DNA of 64,000 nucleotides, taken from positions 44,559 through 108,558 of the forward strand of contig JADGAU010000001.1 in the NCBI GenBank assembly GCA_015231865.1, given 5' to 3'. Source of the DNA: Gammaproteobacteria bacterium (GTDB lineage Bacteria; Pseudomonadota; Gammaproteobacteria; GRL18). The notes under the pieces are model-generated. The model had not been told where the DNA came from. It ran no database searches and saw only the letters and a list, made by a program, of their open reading frames with translations. A program made the translations under genes and the position numbers. Shown here one piece after another: positions 58,655 to 64,000 of the stretch. Within the stretch, counting starts at the first letter, position 1. The number at the start of each line of letters is the position of its first letter.

Positions 58655-60721
58655 ATGACTTTTATTCCACTACTAATAACCAGTTTAGTTTTAACAACGA
58701 TAAGCCATTATCAATCATTGCCTATTATTTTTATTCTCGTTAACTTTTCTGTATTAGCCTGGTTTTTCTTTACCCGAGTCAATCTTAACCACATTCAACT
58801 TAAGCCTGAATTTGGTCATCCAGCTTTAAAACATCTATTTACCGTATCATTTCTTGTCATCCTGATCAGCTACTATGGATTTCATTTTACCCAGGATATA
58901 GCCACAACCTTATTAACATCAATGTTGTGTTTAAAATTATTAGAAATAAATAATAAAAATGCTCACCGACATATTACTATGATCATTTATTTACAATTTT
59001 TTTCACTCATTGTGTCATTTTTAAATTCACAGGAATTTCTTCTGGTTATTTATAATTTTATTGTTTTGCTCTTTTTACTGTTTTTATTATTACATTACCA
59101 AATTGAATTTCGGGGCAATTGCCATGACAGTAATAATCAAACCCTATCTTATGGCTCAACGAAACGACATACATGGTTTACCGAAGCCCATTATTTAAAA
59201 AAAATTATTGTCATCACAATCCCGATAACCATTTTCCTATTTTTGTTTTTTCCTAGAATTCCAGGCCCTTTATGGACTTTACCATCATTAAGCCAACAAA
59301 GTGTCACTGGTTTATCAGATAGTATGTATCCGGGAAGTGTGAATGAACTCTCTCAATCGGAAGAGCTGGTTTTTACGGTTAAATTTGAAGATAAAATTCC
59401 AAGTTCTGATCAACTTTATTGGCGTGGTCCTGTGTTAACAAAAACGGATGGCTTTTTATGGGAGCAGATAAAAAAAAGAACTCACTCTCGCCCACTTAAC
59501 AAAGCCAGTAAAGTCGATTATTTCTCAGAGCCAATTAGTTATGAAATTAATCTGCAGCCACAGCAGCAAAAATGGTTATTTACCTTGGATATGCCATACT
59601 CACTCTCAAGTCCAATGATAAAAAATCCGTTTCTATCAGATAATATGCAATTTCTAGTTAGATATAATATTCGCCAACTGGTTCAGTATAGCGCCTTATC
59701 CTATCGAGATTATTACCTTAAATCGATTAAACAAGATATTCAAGAGGCATTGATTTATCCTCATCCGTCTAATCCAGAAACCTATGCTCTGGGTCAAGAG
59801 CTGGCAAAAAATAACAGTCCGAAACAAATCATTCAACTGGGTCTCGATTATTATCTTGAGAAAGAATTTTTCTATACACTAAAACCAAACATAATGACTG
59901 AAAACCCTAGTGACCAATTTTTATTTCAATATCGCCGTGGTTTTTGTGAACACTTTGCCAGTAGCTTTGTATTATTAATGCGAGCAGCCAATATTCCTGC
60001 CAGAGTTGTTACCGGTTATCAGGGGATGAGTTATAACAAGGTGGGTGATTATTATCGGGTAACACAATCCAATGCTCATGCATGGGCTGAAGTCTGGCTA
60101 GAAGAAAGTGGCTGGACGCGAATCGATCCAACTGCAGTTATTCCTCAACAGCGAATTGAAAACGATATATTTGAACGTCAACAGGATAATCTAGCCTTTT
60201 ATAATTTAAATTATTCGGATGTTTCGCAATTACAGAAAAAATTCAAAGTCTCTGAATTTCGCAGGGCATACCTAAACATGCAACAGTCACTTCACTACTT
60301 GAATTATCGCTGGAACCAATGGGTCATCAGTTATGATACAAAAAAACAAAATTCACTTTTGAATTGGCTAAATTTAAAAAATCTAACTCAAATACTATGG
60401 ATTGCGATTAGTGTATTTAGCCTGTTTATTGTCTTTTTTATGTGGTCAGTGAATAGAAAACAGAAAAAAACGAATGATCCGCTATTAAAGCTCTATCAAC
60501 AATTAATAACTAAGTTAAAAAAACACGGCTTTGATTATCCTGGTAACCAACCACCTCAATTAACAAAACAACAAAGTCTTTTGTTTTTCCCGGAAAATTC
60601 AAAGGAGCTTGAAGATATTTTTAATTTATTTATTAAGTTAAGGTATACAAATTCTAACACTGAAGCTGAAAAAAAATCATTTAAAAAACTAGTTAATCGT
60701 TTAAAAATATTGAACAATTAA
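58655..60721 (+). CDS. Transglutaminase-like membrane protein (TgpA-like)
   Basis: N-terminal polytopic region; Cys-His-Asp core (GFCEHFASSF, NAHAWAEVWL, GWTRIDPT); C-terminal TM. Confidence 0.85.
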   Translation: MTFIPLLITSLVLTTISHYQSLPIIFILVNFSVLAWFFFTRVNLNHIQLKPEFGHPALKHLFTVSFLVILISYYGFHFTQDIATTLLTSMLCLKLLEINNKNAHRHITMIIYLQFFSLIVSFLNSQEFLLVIYNFIVLLFLLFLLLHYQIEFRGNCHDSNNQTLSYGSTKRHTWFTEAHYLKKIIVITIPITIFLFLFFPRIPGPLWTLPSLSQQSVTGLSDSMYPGSVNELSQSEELVFTVKFEDKIPSSDQLYWRGPVLTKTDGFLWEQIKKRTHSRPLNKASKVDYFSEPISYEINLQPQQQKWLFTLDMPYSLSSPMIKNPFLSDNMQFLVRYNIRQLVQYSALSYRDYYLKSIKQDIQEALIYPHPSNPETYALGQELAKNNSPKQIIQLGLDYYLEKEFFYTLKPNIMTENPSDQFLFQYRRGFCEHFASSFVLLMRAANIPARVVTGYQGMSYNKVGDYYRVTQSNAHAWAEVWLEESGWTRIDPTAVIPQQRIENDIFERQQDNLAFYNLNYSDVSQLQKKFKVSEFRRAYLNMQQSLHYLNYRWNQWVISYDTKKQNSLLNWLNLKNLTQILWIAISVFSLFIVFFMWSVNRKQKKTNDPLLKLYQQLITKLKKHGFDYPGNQPPQLTKQQSLLFFPENSKELEDIFNLFIKLRYTNSNTEAEKKSFKKLVNRLKILNN

Positions 60722-60882
60722 ATTTAATTTGTGATTTAATCTTATTTATTTTTTAATTTATTTGCCGATGAAATAAAAGAATAATAAAATCTTCTTATAT
60801 TTAAATTTATATCTATCTACATAATTGCAATTAACTTACTATCCATAATGCTTTTACAGGATAAATAACAGGAATTAATAAT

Positions 60883-63800
60883 TTGATTACAACTAAAAAT
60901 AGACTTTCATCTAATTTTGATAGTCGCATCAACCTTATTGATGATATAAGTTTCTCCTATCAACAAAATTATCTTAATAGTATTTATACTGATTTAACTC
61001 TTCTCAAGCTTAAAAAGCTTAAGCAAGATGAAGATCAAACTAGTACATTAGATCAATCTGATAATATTAAGACAGAGAATTTGATACAAAACATTGATCT
61101 AACGATTAATGAAAGCAAAAACTTTACTGCTATTCAATATGCTGAAGCCCAGATACAAACTGAAGATACATGGTATGTTGGTGAAGACCCTATTTATGTC
61201 CCTGCACCTGCACCTGTAAATCAAGAACAAACTTCATATTCACTAACGCCTCTAGGATGGGGGCTAGTTATCTTGGGTGTTGGAGGGGCTGTTGCGTTAG
61301 CAGCTGGAGGTAGCAGCAGTAACAGCAGTTCGGATCAAACTTCTGATTCAGGCAATACCGCTATTGAAGGAACCATTGTAGCCGGACCTGTCGTCGCTGG
61401 TCATGGCTTAACTGTTTCTATTTATTCAGACAGGGGTGAATTACTTATTGCCAATGTTGAAGTAAATGATGATGGTACTTACAAAGCTGATTTATCTAGT
61501 GCCTATCAAGGAATTATTCTAGTCCAAGTCAATGATTCCGATTCAGGTGTTGACTATATTGATGAGAGAACGAATCAAGCCGTTGATTTAACAATCAGCT
61601 TAAGAGCTATAACAAACTTATCTAAACCTGACACACATACCATAAACCTTAATTTAGCAACTGAATTACTAACTAGAGCCTTAGGGCTAAGCGCATCTGA
61701 AACCAATATATCATCTATTGGGACAATTAATGCAGATCAAATATTAACAAAACAGACTGAAGTTGAGGAAGCTCTAAATATTAATTATGGCCAATTAATC
61801 AGTGGCGAAATTAAGGTATTAATTGATACAGAAGGTAATAATACCGGCACATCAAATAATTATGGTAATGTTTTAGCAGCGCTCTCTGCAATGGAGTCCG
61901 ATTCTGTCTCAACCGAGGGTGTATTATCTTCATTAGAAACTCTGCTCAATGATCCTACTGGACAAGCAAGTATTGTTACTAAATTAAAATTAACTCAACT
62001 TACTGATCATGCAGAAACAGTCAGTAATAATCCAACAACTAATTCATTTCCTCAATATGTTGAAGGTATAATTAGTGACACCACTAAACCAACACTAATA
62101 ATTACAGATAATGTTGATGGTATTGCAACCTATAATGATGTCACGTTTACATTTACCTTTTTAGAAGATGTCATTGGCTTTGATACTAGTGATATTGTTG
62201 TTACAGGAGGAAGTTTTAGTGAAGATAAATTTACCAAAGTTTCTAGCAAAATATATACACTGGTGGTAACTCCAAATGATAATAGTAGCGCGAATATAAC
62301 TATTGATATTTCAGCTGATAAATTTAGTGATGTATCTGGCAACTTAAATGATGCCATTACTCAATATACCCAGGCTGTTAATTCAGATAGTATTATGCCC
62401 ACAGTAAAAATTACCGATAATGCGGATGATATTATATCAGGTGACGTAACTTATACTTTTACTTTTTCCGAAGATGTGACTAATTTTAGTAAAGAAGATA
62501 TTGAAGTCAGTGGCGGTAACAAAGGTGATTTCGTTTCTGTATCTGCGAGTAACTATACTTTGATTGTCACTCCTAATAGTGATAGCACTGAAAACCTGAC
62601 TATTGATATTGCTGCCAATAGTTTGAATGATTTAGCAGGAAACAATAATGAAGCAATAGAACAAATTGTTCAGGCGGTTGATACAGCACCTCCAACCCTG
62701 GTCATTAGCGATACTGCAGATGAAACAACATCAGGCAATGTAACTTATACTTTTACTTTTTCAGAGGATGTTACAGGTTTTGATAGCAGCGATCTGACTG
62801 TCAATGGTGGTACTTTCCTGACAGAGGATTTTAGCAAACTATCCGATAGCGTTTATACACTAATCGTTACCCCAAACCCTGATAGTACCGACGATATTAC
62901 AATTGATATAGCGGCCGATAGTTTCACCGACTTGGTCGGAAATAATAATCGTGCAATAGAACAAAGTGTGCAAGCTGCCGATACAGAAATACCAATTTTA
63001 GAAATTACGAGTGATACCGAAGGCGTGGTATCTTCAGATGTTATGTATACCTTTACTTTTTCTGAAGACGTGACTGGATTTACTGAAAATGACATTTTTG
63101 TTAGCGGCGGAGATAAAGGAACCTTTGATCCAAGTTCTGAAAGTGAATATACATTAATTGTTACACCAGATGCTGATAGTACCAGAGATATAACCATTGA
63201 TGTTCCAGCTAATAGTTTTACTGATGCTGCGGGTAACAATAATTCAGCAATAGATCAATTTGTTCAGTCTGTTGATACAATTGCTCCAACTGTGGTTATC
63301 ACCGATAACGCTGATGATGTAACATCGGATGATGTGACATATATCTTTACTTTCTCTGAAGATGTCACTGGCTTTACCGAAAATGATATTGATATTGGTG
63401 GAGGTACGATTAGTTCATTTAATTCTGACTCTGCTAGTGTCTATACTATAGTCGTAGCTCCTGATAGTGATAGCACTGATGATATTACCATTGATATTGC
63501 CGCAGATAGATTAACCGACTTAGCTGGCAATAATAATGCGGCAATTGATCGAGCTATTCAGGCTGTCGATACCTTAGCGCCAACCTTGCCAGATAATACT
63601 AAGATTACGATTGTAGATGCAGATGATGATTATATTAATAACTCAGAAAAAAACTCGTTTATCATCACCGGTATAGCCGATGCTGTAGAAAGTGGCGCAA
63701 CTGTCTCTTTAAACATTAGTGATGAAGATGATACAACGATTGAGAATATTGAACCTGTTACAGCACAAGCAGATGGATCCTTTAGTTTTACTGGTATTAA

Positions 63801-64000
63801 TGTAGGGAATTTAGTGGATGGAGAGTTAAACTTTAGTTTTACCGCAACTGATGATTTAGGTAATGTTTCTGATGTTTTAACTAAATCTATTATTTTAGAT
63901 ACTACCACAATTAATCCTGATGACACTAAAATTACCATTGCAACCGATGACAAGATTAATGAATCAGAAAAGGCTGCTGTAACAATTGTTGGCGCTGCCG
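60883..64000 (+). CDS. Giant repetitive Ig-like-domain adhesin (Bap/LapA-like), N-terminal about 1039 aa only (absent from the ORF track because there is no stop in the window)
   Basis: Own line-by-line translation is open from the TTG at 60883 to the window end (AGGA 9 nt upstream; in-frame TAA at 60862). TM-like LGWGLVILGVGGAVALAAGG; tandem about 100-aa repeats. Confidence 0.8.
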   Translation, partial: MITTKNRLSSNFDSRINLIDDISFSYQQNYLNSIYTDLTLLKLKKLKQDEDQTSTLDQSDNIKTENLIQNIDLTINESKNFTAIQYAEAQIQTEDTWYVGEDPIYVPAPAPVNQEQTSYSLTPLGWGLVILGVGGAVALAAGGSSSNSSSDQTSDSGNTAIEGTIVAGPVVAGHGLTVSIYSDRGELLIANVEVNDDGTYKADLSSAYQGIILVQVNDSDSGVDYIDERTNQAVDLTISLRAITNLSKPDTHTINLNLATELLTRALGLSASETNISSIGTINADQILTKQTEVEEALNINYGQLISGEIKVLIDTEGNNTGTSNNYGNVLAALSAMESDSVSTEGVLSSLETLLNDPTGQASIVTKLKLTQLTDHAETVSNNPTTNSFPQYVEGIISDTTKPTLIITDNVDGIATYNDVTFTFTFLEDVIGFDTSDIVVTGGSFSEDKFTKVSSKIYTLVVTPNDNSSANITIDISADKFSDVSGNLNDAITQYTQAVNSDSIMPTVKITDNADDIISGDVTYTFTFSEDVTNFSKEDIEVSGGNKGDFVSVSASNYTLIVTPNSDSTENLTIDIAANSLNDLAGNNNEAIEQIVQAVDTAPPTLVISDTADETTSGNVTYTFTFSEDVTGFDSSDLTVNGGTFLTEDFSKLSDSVYTLIVTPNPDSTDDITIDIAADSFTDLVGNNNRAIEQSVQAADTEIPILEITSDTEGVVSSDVMYTFTFSEDVTGFTENDIFVSGGDKGTFDPSSESEYTLIVTPDADSTRDITIDVPANSFTDAAGNNNSAIDQFVQSVDTIAPTVVITDNADDVTSDDVTYIFTFSEDVTGFTENDIDIGGGTISSFNSDSASVYTIVVAPDSDSTDDITIDIAADRLTDLAGNNNAAIDRAIQAVDTLAPTLPDNTKITIVDADDDYINNSEKNSFIITGIADAVESGATVSLNISDEDDTTIENIEPVTAQADGSFSFTGINVGNLVDGELNFSFTATDDLGNVSDVLTKSIILDTTTINPDDTKITIATDDKINESEKAAVTIVGAA
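62077..63567 (+). repeat. Five tandem coding repeats (309, 294, 300, 294, 294 nt) inside the adhesin gene
   Basis: Units begin at 62077, 62386, 62680, 62980 and 63274. Consensus: DTxxPTxxITDNxDD..S.DVTYTFTFSEDVTGF...DI.V.GG......S...YTLIVTP..DST.DITIDIAA.S..DLAGNNN.AI.Q.VQAV. Confidence 0.9.

Noticed and set aside
62335-62345. Apparent frameshift in the adhesin gene
   Set aside because: It was my own transcription slip. Re-reading every line from 60901 to 64000 in the line-start frame shows no stop and an intact repeat consensus.
62130-63953. Minus-strand ORFs of 75, 128 and 107 aa (62130..62357, 62853..63239, 63630..63953)
   Set aside because: They lie antisense to the adhesin repeats, have low-complexity S/V/T/L-rich products and no start context. 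The plus-strand frame is open throughout with a coherent repeat consensus.
1-64000. Search for tRNA, rRNA, IS elements, integrases, toxin-antitoxin pairs, restriction-modification or other classical defence genes
   Set aside because: Reading the translations and intergenic regions turned up none. The only conflict-system-like domain is the caspase fold at 11966..13573.

Overview
This is a 64-kb piece of an AT-rich gammaproteobacterial chromosome; by eye about one third G+C, not computed. I call about 59 CDS. I saw no rRNA, tRNA, CRISPR array, transposase or integrase. Most of it is housekeeping. The block trmL-gpsA-secB-trxC-grxC-rhodanese / gpmI-envC-ctpA-yibQ matches the E. coli and Pseudomonas gene order, and pyrE, xthA, ubiD, gshB-rsmE, cca and comM are also present. 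Both window edges carry large ORFs missing from the supplied track because they have no stop in the window: an MMPL-type exporter (complement 1..2147) and a giant repetitive adhesin (60883..64000). Accessory or unusual modules: (1) half of an aryl-polyene/xanthomonadin-type pigment locus with a divergent chorismatase (1..7638). (2) My top candidate for an undescribed system: a three-gene envelope operon (10061..13573) with an autotransporter-like barrel, a CsgG-like protein, and a CsgG-like lipoprotein fused to a caspase (C14) domain. (3) An isolated cytidylyltransferase plus ATP-grasp-HAD pair. (4) A MoxR / DUF58 / transglutaminase set split by about 12 kb. The intervening DNA holds a divergent HemF-like gene, a branched-chain-type ABC transporter with structured intergenic elements, a CrbS/CrbR-like two-component pair, and a Pro/Tyr/Asn-rich secreted protein. 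All calls rest on reading the translations and on remembered family motifs; no searches were run.
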